Positions 27,961 to 44,390 of a DNA stretch of 64,000 nucleotides are shown here, one piece after another. The notes under the pieces were generated by a model. The model saw only the letters and a program-made list of their open reading frames with translations. It made no database searches and had not been told where the DNA came from. This DNA is from the human T2T-CHM13v2.0 reference genome, Homo sapiens. Numbering within the stretch: the first letter of the stretch is position 1; each line of letters begins with the position of its first letter. The stretch is taken from the NCBI RefSeq assembly GCF_009914755.1, contig NC_060929.1, one strand, 5' to 3'. The position numbers were made by a program, and so were the translations under genes.

Positions 27961-29989
27961 AATAATTAGATCATCAACATAGGTAAGATGAATAAGACAT
28001 GGAGTAGAGATAAGCCTAGAATGCTTGGACTCATTTATTAATACTTTGTGTAGCCCCATCTTGTGATGAGAAACTTCTTAGTATAACATTCTCCCTTTAC
28101 CTAGAGTTAATGTCAAAAGAAATCTCAATGCACCAGAGCATTTTTTCTATAAATATTATTTTACAAGATAAGTCATTCCAAAATGTCTAAAACTTATGTA
28201 CACTTAACACTATTCAAACACTTTCCTGTTATGTATCACATTTGACCCTCATTGTAAACAGTTTCATTTTACTAATAAGGAAAATAAGGTCTAAAACTCA
28301 TAAGTGACACAAACAAAGTCATAATAAATGTTGATAGATAGCAGAGGTGCAACAAAAATCCAAAAGCTCTTGAAACCTATACCAATCTTACTTTAATACA
28401 TCTCACTGAATACTTTCTAAATCGTTAAAGATATAATACCATATAATATGTAGTGGAACATGGTGTAAAATGTGAAAATTATGCATGATACAAATAAGCA
28501 TGATATAATGCAAATGTTTAAGATATGGAGAAATGCGAAATTATACATATTTTATCTTATTTTTTTTGATATAATCATAACTGAATAATGCTCAGTTGAA
28601 TAGATGTTCAAATATAATCATGTACTTGGATAAATATGGGGCTTAATTATAATTCTATGGGTTCTTTCCAGATATGCCCTGTCTAGTTTAAATTCTTTTG
28701 AAATCAGCATACGTTATCTCCTGAGAATGCTGGGAGTTAAAAGTATTTTCTTTAGTGTAGAAAATAAGTAAAACTTCTCTAAAAATAGTTTATTATTATA
28801 ACTGGTAGATGTTTAATGCTCTTTAAATACAGTCTTTTTAGCTGTAGACATGTTTCATTGTTTCTTGAGATGTTTTACAAGCAGGGCAAGGATCATTTGC
28901 ATCAGTTGTTATGAACCCTATAACTCTTTTCCAATTGTGTAATTGTGAAAATTTCAAATCTGTTAGAGTTTTAAAACACAAATATTTGTTTAAAAAAAGT
29001 GTATACATTTAAAAAATCCCAGTCATTTTAATGTCTTTAATTGGCTTAGATAATGTTAAATTTGTTAATTACTTAATTTCATCTGGAGTCGTTAAAGAAC
29101 ATTATCTAACTTGTCGTGGATGTGATTTTTCAATTTCCGAAGTCATAGTCATGTGGATTAAAATAAACCAAGATTACCAATATAATGACCTTGCTAATTA
29201 GGTACAAATATAATACTGTAAAAAAGGAGAATACAGTAATAAAATCTATTTTGAATATACTTCATTTATTAGAGGTAATTGTTAGTTTAGGCCTAGAATT
29301 CTTCTTAAAGTACTAAAATTATTTTAGAAATTTTAATTATGTTTTTAAATTCAGATGTTTATTTATTAAGAATAAATCACTTCCCCAAATTTCTTTGAGA
29401 ATTTAGAATAACATTTCCTCATTTCTCATAAAGTATGTGTGCAATATACACAGATCAGTATTTATGCAAATGCAAATAAAGTTTACTAATTTTGTAAATA
29501 CTTAAAAATGTCTAGTGATGTTTACCCAAAATAGTTTTTGTTTAAAGTTAATGTTTTAGGTTAAATGGAATAATAACATGCAGCCAGATACATTAGTAAA
29601 GTTAGAATGAGTAAAAAAAAACCCCGTAAACCGTTGTGGTGATTTTTATGTGATTTTTAATTGCTTACATATTTACTTATTTATATGGCAATTATATTCA
29701 ACAAGATAAGACATTTATTAAATAATTACTATATACCAGGCATTGGGAATAGACATAAAGATTACAATTATATATTGAATGCTTACTACATGCCACACGT
29801 TGTCCTAAAATTTTACATAGGTTCTCTCAATAATCTCGTGCAAAATTTATTTTTATCCCAATGTTAAAATAAGAAAACTATGGGTAAAATTATTGAATAA
29901 CAAATACTAGACTTTGTAAATCATTTATATATTAGCTACCAGAAACATATCTATCATAAACCAAAGTGTTTCTAAGTTTTATACCATCC

Positions 29990-31180
29990 CACACTAAAAG
30001 AAAGTCACCTTGGAAAAATGGTTAAATCCAGGGCCAAGGCAAAGAAAATGCAAGAGGAGCCTAAAACAACCTGAAGTAAGATCAAGAACCAGAATTAAGG
30101 AAGTGCTCAGAAGTGGATAGAATTTATGTCAAAAAGAACAGAAAGCTTAATGAAGGCCCCATTGATCGAACATGGCACAATTTAAGCATGAAGATAAAAA
30201 AATTATTGGATTAATCTCATTAAATTAAAAATATAATTTAGAAGTCTATATTGCTAATAAAAATGAATAAATTAATAAACGATCAAGGAAAGCAACACTC
30301 TTCTTTATAGGAGAATGCTAATTAGTAAATATAAAAAGAATGATCAAGTAGAAAAATCACAATTTGTCAACAATTGCAGTTATAATTGATTGAGGCAGAA
30401 ATTCTCAATGGTTAATAAAATCATCCAGTAAAATTCGTTGAGGAACAGGATAATTACATAATGTCAACATTTTCCCTATATTATTGCTTATTAATTACAA
30501 AAGGAAATAAGCTACCTTTACAGTGGAGAAATATGACAGAAAGGTGACCAAAGTTAACATTACCACTAATGGGATGTAGTAGACACTGTGAGATGCCACC
30601 TAAGTCCTGTTTCAGGACTAAAAGATGTATTCTCACAGTGAAGGTCTTTTAGTCAGACAGCCTGCAGCTGTGAGTTCTCCTTGGAATTGCCTTGATTGAA
30701 GAGGTCATTTCACTCGAGAGCATACCCTCTTTCCATTGTGGCCCCCATCCAACAATTGGATGAAATAGGTGCCTAAAGGCCTAGAACACTTAACTCAATG
30801 CTAGATAAGTCTAAAGGGCCATTGTAGTCTTATTCCTTCCTGGGGGATCAGCGGAGGCTTTTTTTGAGACTACAACACAGCCCACCTTCTCTGTACAAAA
30901 TCCATTTTCCTTTCTGCCTTTTCCCAGCTGGTAATCTCAAGAGCAGTTCTTGATAAATCCTTCATACTAGCCTTTCTATCAGAGCCTGCTTCTTGGCAAA
31001 TTAACATGTCATGACAATCAAACTGATGTCACATGCCTCTGGGTATGCTACTCTCAGAAAGACACCATCAATTTTGTAATATTCCTGGCAAAAATGCAAA
31101 AACTGAATCTAACTATTAGAAAGCATTTGGACAGTCCCAAAGTTAGGTATCCTACAAACAACTCTTCTGCATTCTTTGAA
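29990..31180 (+). mobile_element. L1MC-type 3' fragment interrupted by an LTR
   Basis: 'attacaaaaggaaat..ctttacagtggagaaa..gtgaccaaagttaacattaccactaatggga', resuming as 'caaactgatgtcacatgcctct' after 31016. Confidence 0.65.
30575..31016 (+). mobile_element. LTR16-family (ERVL) solo LTR
   Basis: Starts tgtagtagacactgt and ends 'ataaatcctt..tcagagcctgcttcttgg..gaca'; splits the L1MC fragment. Confidence 0.65.
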
Positions 31181-31901
31181 ATATTTGTTTTATTTTGCTT
31201 ATCTATATTTTCTATTTTTCCTATGCTGATCATTAATTATGAAGCCCACAAAATAGAGGAAATGCTATTTCTATTAATAGCCTAAATAGGTGAAGTGAAG
31301 ATAGGTAAGTTACATGCTGATGGCAAATAGCATATATATCTTGCATACTGCAAGATTCTCTGCTTTAAGGGACAGGTTTTATAGAAAATAATTGTTTAGG
31401 TAGTTTGCATGAGTGGTAGATTTTAAAGTATTAATTGAGCAACTAAATAAGTAAACTCAAAATTTTATCCAAGAAACTTCATAATTTAAAGAAAGTAATA
31501 ATTTTTCCTTCCTTAAGAATAGAGAGGGAAACAGTATTTTTATTTTCTGAATGGTAAGAAAGCAGAATGGCAGGAGCAGAATGAATGATGGAATGGAAAA
31601 GTAAGCTAAGTAGAAAGTCATATTGGAATGAGGACTTGAAGAAATGAATAATAAATGAGGAAATGAGAAAACAGAAATGTTTTCCTTTCTGTAATATATT
31701 GTAGCTCAAATATGATGAATTTGAAACTATCCAGAAACCGCCTTGATTATGGAGCAAAGACAAGTTTGACGTTGGCCTCCAAGAAATATAATTGTATTCA
31801 TGTTCCTAGTCAGCATGTGAAAACATATCCTTCCCTTTATTGTAACTAGAATATACTACATGGAAAGGGGACCAGGTGTTCTAATCAGATATTTGGATTT
31901 G

Positions 31902-31903
<2 letters not shown>

Positions 31904-31955
<52 letters not shown>

Positions 31956-31956
31956 C

Positions 31957-32003
<47 letters not shown>
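31904..32003. repeat. (TG)n(AG)n compound microsatellite
   Basis: Seen directly. Confidence 0.95.
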
Positions 32004-32007
<4 letters not shown>

Positions 32008-32590
32008 CTTAGTTAACCAGGTGACTAAAACTCCAGAACTGCCGGAAAAGAAAACCTCCTTAACAATTTGTAACATAGATATTCTTCCTAAAGCATAATC
32101 TGAGCAAATAAATCAGTAGCAGGTGGAGACTGAGACCCTTACACAAGAAAGTGACATAGTGACAGAGGTTCATGTTGGATAAAAACAATATAGAACAATA
32201 GAGAATGATCAGGAGAATTTGAACAAAATATGGAAATGAAAAATCAAGAAAAGACAAGAACAGAGGCCATTCTTTTTTTCAGGTCTATATTTTCATCAGG
32301 TGTATGTACTGAGGCAACTGGTAGTTTGTATCAAAATTCCACCGAATATGATTTATAATACGTTGTATAAAAGAACTTCCCTTGAATCATTTCAGATGAA
32401 CAAATGCTCTATGTTCCATTTCTGACACCTAATGGTGATGCCCACAGACTGTTGATCAATAGCAGCAAATACAATATTTTCTGGTAAGTTGGGCTCTTCT
32501 ACTCCCATCAGTTGAGCTCCAAGCTTATCAAGATTCCTTGTGTTTATCAAATGTGTTTATAAAAGTCAAGCTTCAAAAAGAATTACTTTA

Positions 32591-33053
<463 letters not shown>

Positions 33054-33646
33054 TTACATTGCGAGTGTCTTTAAGTTTTCATTTCACATTAACATGAACA
33101 GAAATTGGAAAGTGTAAGACATTCATTATTGCTGTGGTTTTATACAAGATGAATAATCTGAGGCTTCCAACAGTGGGCTAATTCCCAGAAAAGGCTTTCA
33201 CCTAACATAAATGATTAGCAAATGAAGTTATGTTATTATATTTTAAGTTGTAATAAATTGATGTATCTTATCATTTAAAAATAATTACTTCCTCCTTAAT
33301 AGAATGTTTCTATTACATAATCAACTGTCAGATTACATTGATAGAGGGGCTGCATCTCTAAGGTAACCATAGTTATAATTCCTGTTCACAATGTAGTCTC
33401 AATTTTTTAAACAAATGTTTTCATTGTTACTATGAATTTAAAAATTAAGAATTATTTAAAATTATTTCAAATGTTGATAAAATATATTTGGACTTTATGG
33501 AACCTATTGACAAGAATAGTTAAACATCTGTACCTGGACAGGAGAACCTGTTGAAGAGTACCTATTAGAATAGTTGGTCTCAGCTTATTTCTAGGTCTTA
33601 TTGAGCTATAAATAAATACTTGACCCAATGGCAACCATATACTCTT

Positions 33647-34725
<1,079 letters not shown>

Positions 34726-35258
34726 TGGCAACCATATGCTCTTAACAAAGGGGAGAGAAGCAGCCTATGAGCTGTCCTGAGAATTCCATTCAATAGCAGT
34801 GCTCCATAATGTGTGGGTTACATATTCCCCACATGCTAGCCACTAGGGATTACTTTTAATTTCATATCTTTAGAAAATTCTGAAGTCTACGTCAAACATA
34901 TAATTAAAATCCAGATACCCTCTCAATATTTCTAAGTGTTTTTGTTATGTTACTCTTGTCCCTACTAATAGCAATTTAATGATCCCTGCTCAATTCTTGA
35001 GCTTGTCTCCTTGTCTTGCTTCCTATAGTTGTTGTCAGGGTGTTTGCTTGTCCGTCAGTGCCTTTGTGCAAATTAGAGTGAAGCTGAGCAGGGAGCATAG
35101 CTGGTTGCTCAGAATTCAGGCTGGATTTCAGCTCTCATTAATTATCTTACCTGGGCACTTTTGTTCAGCAGAGCAAACTGCACCACTATAGGCGGCAATC
35201 ATTTTTCCACAATACCCCCTTTATGTATTCCTACAAGCAATACTGAAACAATTTTTTT

Positions 35259-38200
35259 TTCTTTTCAACTTTTATTTTAGGTTCAGGGGGTACACGAGCA
35301 GGTTTGCTACATGGGTAAATTCTGCCACTGGGGTTTGGTGTACAAATGATTTTGTCATACAGGTAATGAGCATAGTACCTGGTTGTAAGCATAGTACCTG
35401 GTAGTGGTTTTCAGCCCCTTACCCTCTTCCCATCCCCCTCATCAAGTAGGCCCTAGTGTCTATTGTTCTCATCTTCCTGTCTATGTGTACTCAATGTTTA
35501 GCTTCCACTGGTCAGTGAGAACATGTGGTATTTAGTTTTCTGTTTTTTCGTTAATTAGCTTAGGATAATGTCCTCCAGCTGCATCCATGTTGCTACAAAG
35601 GACATGGTTTTGTTTTTTTTATAGCTGCATAGTATTCCATAGTGTAAATGTACAACATTGTTTTTACTAAGTCCACTGTTGATGGATATCTAGGTTGATT
35701 CCATGTCTTTACTATTGTGTATAGTGCTGCAATAAACATATGCGTGCATGTGTAGAATTATTTCTGGTAGAATGATTTATATTCCTTTGGTTATATACCC
35801 AGTAATGGGATTGCTGTGTCAAATGGTTAGTTATGTTTTAAGTTCTTTGAGAACTCATCAAACTGCATTCCACAGTGGCTGAAATAATTTAAATTCCCAC
35901 CAGCATAAGCATTCCCTTTTCTTTGCAACCTTGCCAACATCTGTTATTTTTTTACTTTTTAGTAATAGCCATTCTGACTGGTATGAGATGGTATCTCAGT
36001 GTGGTTTTGATTTGCATTTATCCGATGATTAGTAGTGTTGAGCATTTTTCATAAGCTTATTGGTCACATGATGTCTTCTTCTGAGAAGTGTCTGTTCATA
36101 TCCTTTCCCCATTTTTAAATGGGGTTGCTTTTCACTTGTTGATTTAAGTTCCTGATAAATCCTGGATATTAGACCCTTGTTGCATGCGTAGTTTGTGAGT
36201 AATTTTTTCCATTCTGTAGGTTGTCTGTTTACTCTGCTGATAGTTTCATCTGCTGTGCAGAAGTTCTTTTGTTTAATTAGATCCCACTTGTCTATTTTTG
36301 TTTTTGTTGCAATTGCTTTTGGAGAGTTCATCATGATATTATTGCCAAGGCTGATGTTGAGAATGGTATTTCCTAGCTTCTCTTCTAGGATTTTTGTAGT
36401 TTTAGGTCTTGCATTAAAATTTTGGATCCATCTTGAATTGAGTTTTGTATACGATGAAGTGAAGTGGTCCAGTTTTAATCTTCTGCATATGGCTAGCCAG
36501 TTATTGCAAAACCATTTATTTAATAAAGAGTCCTTTCCCCATTGATTATTATTGTCAGCTTTGTCAAACATCAAATGATGGAAGGTGTGCAGCTTTATTT
36601 CTGGGTTCTCTAACCTGTTCCTTTGATCTATGTGTCTTTTTTTTTGGTACCAGTACCATGCTGTTTTGTTTACTGTAGCCTTGTAATATTGTTTGAAGTT
36701 GGGTAGTGTAATGCCTCTGGCTTTGTTTTTTTGTTTGCTGGGTTTTTTTTTTTTTTTTTTGCTTAGGATTGCTGTGGCTATTCAGAATCTTTTTGGATTC
36801 CATATGAATTTTAGAACAGTTTTTTTCTAACTCTGTAAAAAATGACATTAGTAGTTGGATAGGCATAGGATTGAATCTGTAAATTGCTTTGAGCAGTATA
36901 GCCATTTTAACAATATAGATTGTTTCTATCCATGAGCATGGAATGTTTTTCCATTTGTTTGTGTTGTCTGTGATTTCTTTCAGCAGTGTTTTGTAAATTC
37001 TCATAGTAGAGATCTTTCACTTCTTGGGTTAACTGTATTCCTAAGTGTTTTATTCTTTTTTGGCTATTGTGAACGGGGTTGTGTTCTTGATTTGGCTCTC
37101 AGCTTGTATATTATTAGTGTATAGAAATGCTCATAATTTTTGTATTTAGTACATTGATTTTCTATCCTGAAACTTTATAAAAGTTTTTTATAAGTTCTGG
37201 GAGCCTTTGGGCACAGACTATGGGGTTCTCTAGGTATAGAATCATATCATATATGAAGAAAGATAGTTTGACTTCTTCTTTTCCTATTTGGATGCCTTTT
37301 ATTTCTTTATCTTGCCTGGCTTTTTTGTAGGGGGTAGTAATTCCAGTACTATTTTGAATAGGAGTAGTGAGAGTGGGAATCCTTGTCTTGTTCCAGTTCT
37401 CAAGAATAATGCTTCTAGCTTTTGTCCATTCAGTGTGATGTTGGCTGTGTGTTTGTCATAGATAACTCTTATTATTTTGAGGTGTGTTCTTCAATGCCTA
37501 GTTTGTCGAGGGTTTTTAACAAGAGTGAATGTTGAGTTTGATCAAAAGCCTTTTCTGTGTCTATCGAGATGTTTAGTTCTGTTTATACAATAAATCACAT
37601 TTATTAATTTGTGTATGTTCAACTCAACCAAACTTGCATCCTAGGAAATAAGCCTACTTGATCATTGTGGATTAGCTTTTTGATGTGCTGCTGAATTCAG
37701 TTTGGCAATATTTTGTTGAAGATCTTTGTGTCTATGTTCATTAAGAACATAGATACAGGTTCCCTGTTTTTTGTTGAGGTTTTCTTTTTTTATTGTTTCT
37801 CTGCCAGGTTTTGGTACTAGAATGATGCTGGCCTCATAGCATGAGTTAGGGAGGAGTTCCTCCTCCTCAACTGTTTGTGATAATTTCAGTAGGATTGTTT
37901 CTTCTTTGTACAACTGGTATAGTTCAACTGTGAATCCATGGGGTCTGGGGCTTTTCCTAGTTGGTAGTTTTTCTTTTTTTTTTTAAACTGATAACAATTT
38001 CATAACCATTATTAGTCAGTTCAGGATTTAAATTTCTTCCTAGTTCAATCTTAAGAGGTGTATATTTCCAGGAAGTTATGTGTTTTCTCTAGGTTTTCTA
38101 GTTTGTGTGCTTAGAAGTGTTTATAATAATCTCTAGGGCTTCATATTAGTCTCTAGGGCTTTTTGTAGTTCTATTGGATCAGTGGTAATGTCACCTTTGT

Positions 38201-40880
38201 CATTTCCAATTATGTTTATTTGGATTTTTTTCTTTTGTTCTTTATTAATCACACTAATGGTGTGTCAATCTTGTTTATTATTTAGAAAAACCAATGTTTG
38301 GTTTTGTTGATGTTTTATATGGATTTTCATGTCTTAATTTTGTTCAATTCGGCTCTGATTTTGATTATTTTTCTTCTGCTGGCTTTGCAGTTGGTTCGTT
38401 CTTGTTTTTCTAGTTCTTTTAGGGATGATGTTATGTTGTTAATTTGAGATGTTTCTAATTTCTTGGTGTAGGCATTTAGCATTATAAAGTTCACTCTCAA
38501 CATTGCTTTAGGTGCGTCCCAGAGGTTTTGGTATGTTGTATCTTTTTCTTCACTAGTTTCAATAAACTTTTTGATTTCTGCTTTGATTTCATTCTTTACC
38601 CAAAAGTCATTCAGGAATAGATTGCTTAATTTTTATGCAATTGTATGGTTTTGGGAGTTTTACTTGACATTGATTACTATGTTTATTATGCTGTGCTTTG
38701 AGAATGAAGTTGGTATGATTTTGGTGTTTAGATTTGTTGAGAATTGCTTTATAACCAAGCATGTGGTCAATCTCAGAGTATGTGCCATGTGCAGAAGGAG
38801 AATGTACATTCTGTTTTTTGTTGGATGAAGTATTCTGCAGATTTTTGTTAGGTCCATTTGGTCAAGTGTCAAGGTTAGGTCCTGAATATCATGTGTTAGA
38901 TTTCTGCCTTGATGAGCTGTCAAATAATGTCATTGGGGTGTTAAAGTCTCAAACCATTATTGTGTGGTTATCTAAGTCTCTTCATAGGTCTCTAAGAAAT
39001 TGTTTTATAAATCTGGGTGCTCCAATGTTGGGTGCATATATATTTAGGATAGTTAAGTTTTTTTGTTGAGTTGAACCCTTTATCATTATGTAATACCCTT
39101 CTTTGTACTTTTTTATTGTTGTGGATTAAAACTCATTTTCTCTGATATGGAAATACCCACCCCTGCTTTTTATTCTGTTTGCTTGATAGATCTTTCTCCA
39201 TTCCTTCACTTTGAGCCTATGGGTGTCATGCATATGAGATGGGTCTGTTGAAGACAGTATACAGTTAGATCTTGATTTTTTATCCAACTTTCCACTCTGT
39301 GTCTTTTAATTAGGGTGTTTATCCCATTAACATTTAAGGTCCATACTGATATGTAAGAATTTGATTCTGTCATTCTGTTATTAGCTGGTTGTTATGTAGA
39401 CTTGATTGTATAGTTGCTTTATAGTGTCAATGGGCTTATGTACTTAAATGTGCTTTTATGTGGTGGCAGGCATCAGCTTTTTGTTCCCATATATAGTACT
39501 CCCTTAAGGATTTATTGTAAGGCAGGTCTCATGGTAATAAATTCCCTTAGCATTTGATTGTCTGAAAAGGATTTTAGTTCTCCTTTGCTTATGAAGCTTA
39601 GTTTGGTTGGATATGAAATCCTTGGTTGGAATTTCTTTTCTAGGATACTGAACATAGGCCCCAAATCTCTTCTGGATTGTAAATTTTCTACTGAAAGATC
39701 CACTGTTAGCCTGATGGGTTCCCTATGAACATGACCTGCCTCTTCTGTTTAGCTGTCTTTAATATTTTCTTTTGCATTGACCTTGGAGAAGCTGATGACT
39801 ATGTGTCTTGGATTTGGTCATTTTGTACAGTATCTCACAGGGGTTCTCTGAATTTCCTGAATTTGTATGTCAAAGATTGGGAAAATTTACGTGGACAATA
39901 TTCTCAAATATGTTTTCCATATTTGCTTCTCCATATTTATTGAATATTGAGAAATAGTTGAGAAGTATTTCTCAATACTTATCCAATTATTTCCATATTT
40001 CTTTGCTCTTTTTCATCTTTGTCAGTAATGACAGTGAGCTACAAGTTTGGTATCTTTACGTAATCCCTCATTTCTCAGAGGTTTTGTTCCATTTTTAAGT
40101 TCTTTCTTCTTTATTTTTATCTCCCTGCATTGATTTAAATGAGTGGTCTTTGGGCTCTGAGACTCTTTTGTAAGCTTGATGAATTCTGTCATTAATGCTT
40201 CCAATTGCATTATGAAATTCCTGTAGTAAATTTTTCATTTTCAGAAGTTCCTTTTAGTTCTTTCTTAAAATGGCTATGTTATCTTTCAACTCTTAGATCA
40301 TCTTACTGGTTTCCTTTGATTGGGTTTCAACCTTATCCTAAATCTCGTTGAGCTTCCTTGCCAGCAGGATTCTGAATTCTATGTCTGTTATTTCAGCCAT
40401 TTCAATCTAGTTAAGAACAGTTTCTAGTGAGCAAGTGTAGTCATTTGGAGGTAAGAAGACACTCTGGCTTTTAGTGTTGTGAGAATTCTTATGATGGTTT
40501 TTCTCATCTGTGTGGGCTGATTTACCTTTAATCATTGAAGTTGCTGTCCTTTGGATGGAATGTTTTGCTTTTATATTTTTTGGTCCCCTCGACAGTTTAA
40601 CTGTGGTATAAGTTGGGTTTAGTCATTTGGATTCATTTCTGGATGCTATCAGGGCACCAGTGGTTAGCTCAGTACTCCTGGGCTGCATGCTCTAACCCTC
40701 GGGGGCTGGGATCAGGCCTGCAATTTTGATCTCTGGCCCCTTGTGGTCAAACACCTGTTGTGCTGAAAAAGCTGATATATTCCTAGGCTGCTGGCAATGC
40801 CGCTTCATCAGGGACTGCCAGCAAAAGCACTCAGGTGGGGTGGGGATGGGGGGCTGCTAGTGAGTGTACAGTGGCAAGGC
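35259..40880 (-). mobile_element. ~5.6-kb L1PA15/16-like LINE-1 (3'UTR, ORF2, ORF1, part of the 5' region)
   Basis: ORF2 remnants at 36029-37004 and 37662-37913; ORF1 remnant at 39512-39703 (FQPRISYPTKLSFISKGELKSFSD); TSD ctgaaaca(g)atttttt at 35243 and 40881. Confidence 0.9.
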
Positions 40881-41149
40881 CTGAAACAGATTTTTTAGAA
40901 GTATAACTGTTATTTAAAAGTTCAGTGATAATGGAAGATAATTATAATAATAAAGAATGGAAATGAAGATTTTCTTGCAGTTCCTTAGGTCCCTGCCTTC
41001 ACCATGATGTTGTCTATCATTTGGTGGCCCCACTTTGATCACAAAATGTAATGCAAGTATTTCTTATAAATTTTATCTTCCTAATTACAAGTGCATAGTG
41101 ACTATTTGAGTCAATCAGAGTTTTTTAAAAATAGTTTTTGAGAATGTGA

Positions 41150-41470
41150 ATCCCATAAAGAGATACAGACAGATAAATAAGAATCAAAAGTCAAGAGACA
41201 CTAGACAGAAGCCATGAAGCACTAACAACAGACACACGGAGAAGCTCAGCTGTGACAACAGAGATGTATCAGTATTTTTACTGTGCTCTAGAGTTTCTGT
41301 AGCATCCAGAATGCTGCTGTCTGAGGTCTGATGTACCACTGTTGAGGCCATTTGCTAAGACCTGTTACCTCCTCAGGTGCACTTAATAATTAAACCCCAC
41401 CCCATCAGTTGAAGAAACCAGACAGGGCATGATTTTGTTCAAGCAAGTAAAAAGAGCCTAACAAAACTAC
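41150..41470 (+). mobile_element. Possible very old MaLR LTR relic
   Basis: 3' end 'ttaataattaaacccc..ttgttcaagcaagtaaaaagagcctaacaaaa' loosely resembles an MLT1 3' end. Confidence 0.3.
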
Positions 41471-43276
41471 GGATTTCACTCATCTTTCAAATTCCTCAGT
41501 ATTTGACAGATAGCCTAAAATTGATGTGAACTCATAATCTTTACTCCTTTACAAAAATAAAGCTAAGCATTTTCACTCTTCGCTAAGCCCTACTTTGTTC
41601 TCCCAAAGCAAACACTTGTACAAAACAAGAGTCTCTGTGTAGAAAAGGATGATGATTGAGGCACTGAATTCACCTTTCTGTTGCATGTGGTAATAGAGCA
41701 ATTCCTTATTGACTTATATAGCCAACTTTCTGCAAGTAGACTGTAGCTTAATTATGTATAAATGCCCAGTGTGTTCTTTCCAGATTATAAGAACTTCTAG
41801 ACCTTTCCTCCTCCAACTCTTTGGCAGCCAACCTACAAGTTTAACAGGATAATTGACTCTCCTGAGGGATAGATGCAGGACAAATATATGTGATGGAATG
41901 ATTCAGTTATCTTAACAGGGCCTCTCTTGAAACAAATTATTTATTTTCTGATCTACAAGAGAAAAATGATAAAGGAAAAAATACTAAACCAAACAGAAAT
42001 AGCTTCTCCCAAAACCTGGAAAAATTAGACTACACATTTATTATTCTTGGAAACACTTCTGCTCTGTATGTCTCATAGAGATGTTTCTCTTGATTTTTTG
42101 CAGCCCTCATACTGTTATACTGGCATTTAGTTTATCTGAGATTGCCTCATTGTAGCCATTTGGAGATTATGCTGTGAGGGAAAAAATTTCAGAATGAACA
42201 GTAAAGCATTTATAGGGCAATTGGGGCCATTTTCAACCATAGTGTTGGATTTTGAAAAGCCTTTCATTCTGCTGATGTGAAAATAAAGAGGATAGAGCCA
42301 GGTGGAACTGTAAGGTTTCTTTGTTTTTCTTGTTTTCATTCAATAATTTTAAAGAAGGACCAAAAAATTGCCTAGAATCGTGGAGTAACAGCCCTACTGA
42401 ATCCTCATACTTGCTTTTGCTGAGAAGTTCCTTAGGTCTAATTTTGCCAGCAAATTGGATTGTACTGCTTTTTTATAAACTGACGACCACCGGTAGTTTT
42501 TCTTAGGCAAAAATTTGTGTATTGAGACACTTAAGAACACTTAAGATCTTATGAGCTTAAAATTAAATGAAATAATTTGGTCATAGTTAGTAAAGATCAA
42601 TAAATCATTTAGTTGCCAGACTTACTTCAAGTTAGTTATGGGGAGATAGCTGTTCGGAATTTGGAAGAATTCATTGATATGGTTTAGTGTTTTCCATACT
42701 TGCTGTACAACCCACTTCCTGGCAATGTTTCATTTTGCCTTTTATTTCTGAATCAGAAAATATCATTTTAAAGATGAAGTAATCTTGGGACTGGCTTAAA
42801 GCTAAAAACATACTACATTGGAGAAAATGGGACTAAGACTCTTTAGAGAGATTTATTTCATACCATTAAATAGTGTCTTTAGAGCACCCGTGAGTATTGC
42901 ACCAGATGGGAAGATATTACCTTCTTACAGTCCTATGAACGATGCTCATATAGGTAAAACTAATGGGAAGGCATATTCAAACAAAAGCAAACCTTACGGC
43001 GTATATATTTTTTTAAAAATAAAAGACTGTATTACTAGAGCTAAATAGGCCTTTTCTTCTATGCCCATAAGAGTGAAATTCCAAGGCCTAATAGAACAAT
43101 CCTAAGAACAGCAGAGTAAAGACCTTAGGACATCCACATTGAAAAGAACATATTACATGAATCCTCCAAAAGTAATCTAAATATTCTGAAGGAAAATTCA
43201 TGAATTATGGCATAACCTTTATCTCTATCTGGGACCCTTGAAAGGTCTTAGACCCTGAGACACTGATGCTATGTTT

Positions 43277-43592
43277 TTGTTGTTGTTGTTTATTTGTTTG
43301 TTTGTTTATTTGAGATGGAGTCTCGCTCTGTCGCCCAGGCTGGAGTGCAGTGGCGTCATCTTGGCTCACTGCAAGCTCTGCCTCCTGAGTTCATGCCATT
43401 CTCCTGCCTCAGCCTCCTGGGTAGCTGAGACTACAGGCGCCTGCCACCACATCCGGCTAATTTTTTTGTATTTTTAGTAGAGATGGGGTTTCACCGTGTT
43501 AGCCAGGATGGTCTCGATCTCCTGACCTCGTGATCTGCTGTCTCGGCCTCCCAAAGTGCTGGGATTGCAGGCGTGAGCCACCGAGCCCGGCT
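43277..43592 (-). mobile_element. AluY SINE
   Basis: AluY diagnostics gcaagctc, gttcatgccattctcc, ccgtgttagccaggatggtctcgatctcc; perfect 16-bp TSD cactgatgctatgttt (43261-43276, 43595-43610). Confidence 0.96.
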
Positions 43593-44269
43593 GGCACTGA
43601 TGCTATGTTTAAGACCAGCACCCAGAGTCTAATATATCCTTCCATAACCAGTAGGCCTGATGCTCCTTGACAACTGACTTGTTGATATAACAGAATTTAT
43701 GGTGTTTGCCTGGTGATTGCAAGGCACAGGAGAGGAGGGATCTGTTTTGAGTGAATGTTCTGAGCTGTCTAAAGCTTATTCTCTCTGTGTTTCTCTATTC
43801 TCCACAGCAAAAATTCTCATTGCCTTCAGAAGTTCTCATGAGGCTAAGAGTTATTGGCCAACATTGGAAGTGAGGGAAGACTTACAATCTTTATTAATTA
43901 CTGTTCATTTTCGTGAGACTCTAAAATGTCAAAAAAAAATTCAAAACAAGGGTTAATATTTTTTGTTTTGAGGATAATTCAGGGAAATATATAAATATTT
44001 ATAATCTCAATTTAAAAGCTTCACAATGGAAACAGGCTTTCGAGTTTCAAGAAGGAGAAGGAGAGTACTGAGAACAGGGATGATTTTTAAACTTAGATTC
44101 CTACTTTATTAACAGAAGAATACCAATAAGAACATCAGCATGCTTTTAAAATAATTAAAATGTTGATATCTAGGGTATACTAGAGAAATAACAACATGGG
44201 AATGGTTTCTACTCTTCCATTTGTCAAATTCTCGTAACACTTTAAAGTAAATGTGGCATATTTACACAT

Positions 44270-44390
44270 ATTATTTTATTCTGGAAACCTCATAATTTAG
44301 GAACTTTTATTGTACTGAATTTACAGTTGGGGAAATTAAAGCTCGGAGAGTTCAAGTGACTTGCCCAATATTATATAACAGTTAAGCTAA
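44270..44390 (-). mobile_element. MIR fragment
   Basis: 'tttacagttggggaaattaaagctcggagagttcaagtgacttgcccaa'. Confidence 0.6.

Noticed and set aside
35369-35402. Short tandem duplications (agcatagtacctggt x2; also ~4774-4805 and ~38130-38162)
   Set aside because: Ordinary replication-slippage duplications with no wider structure.
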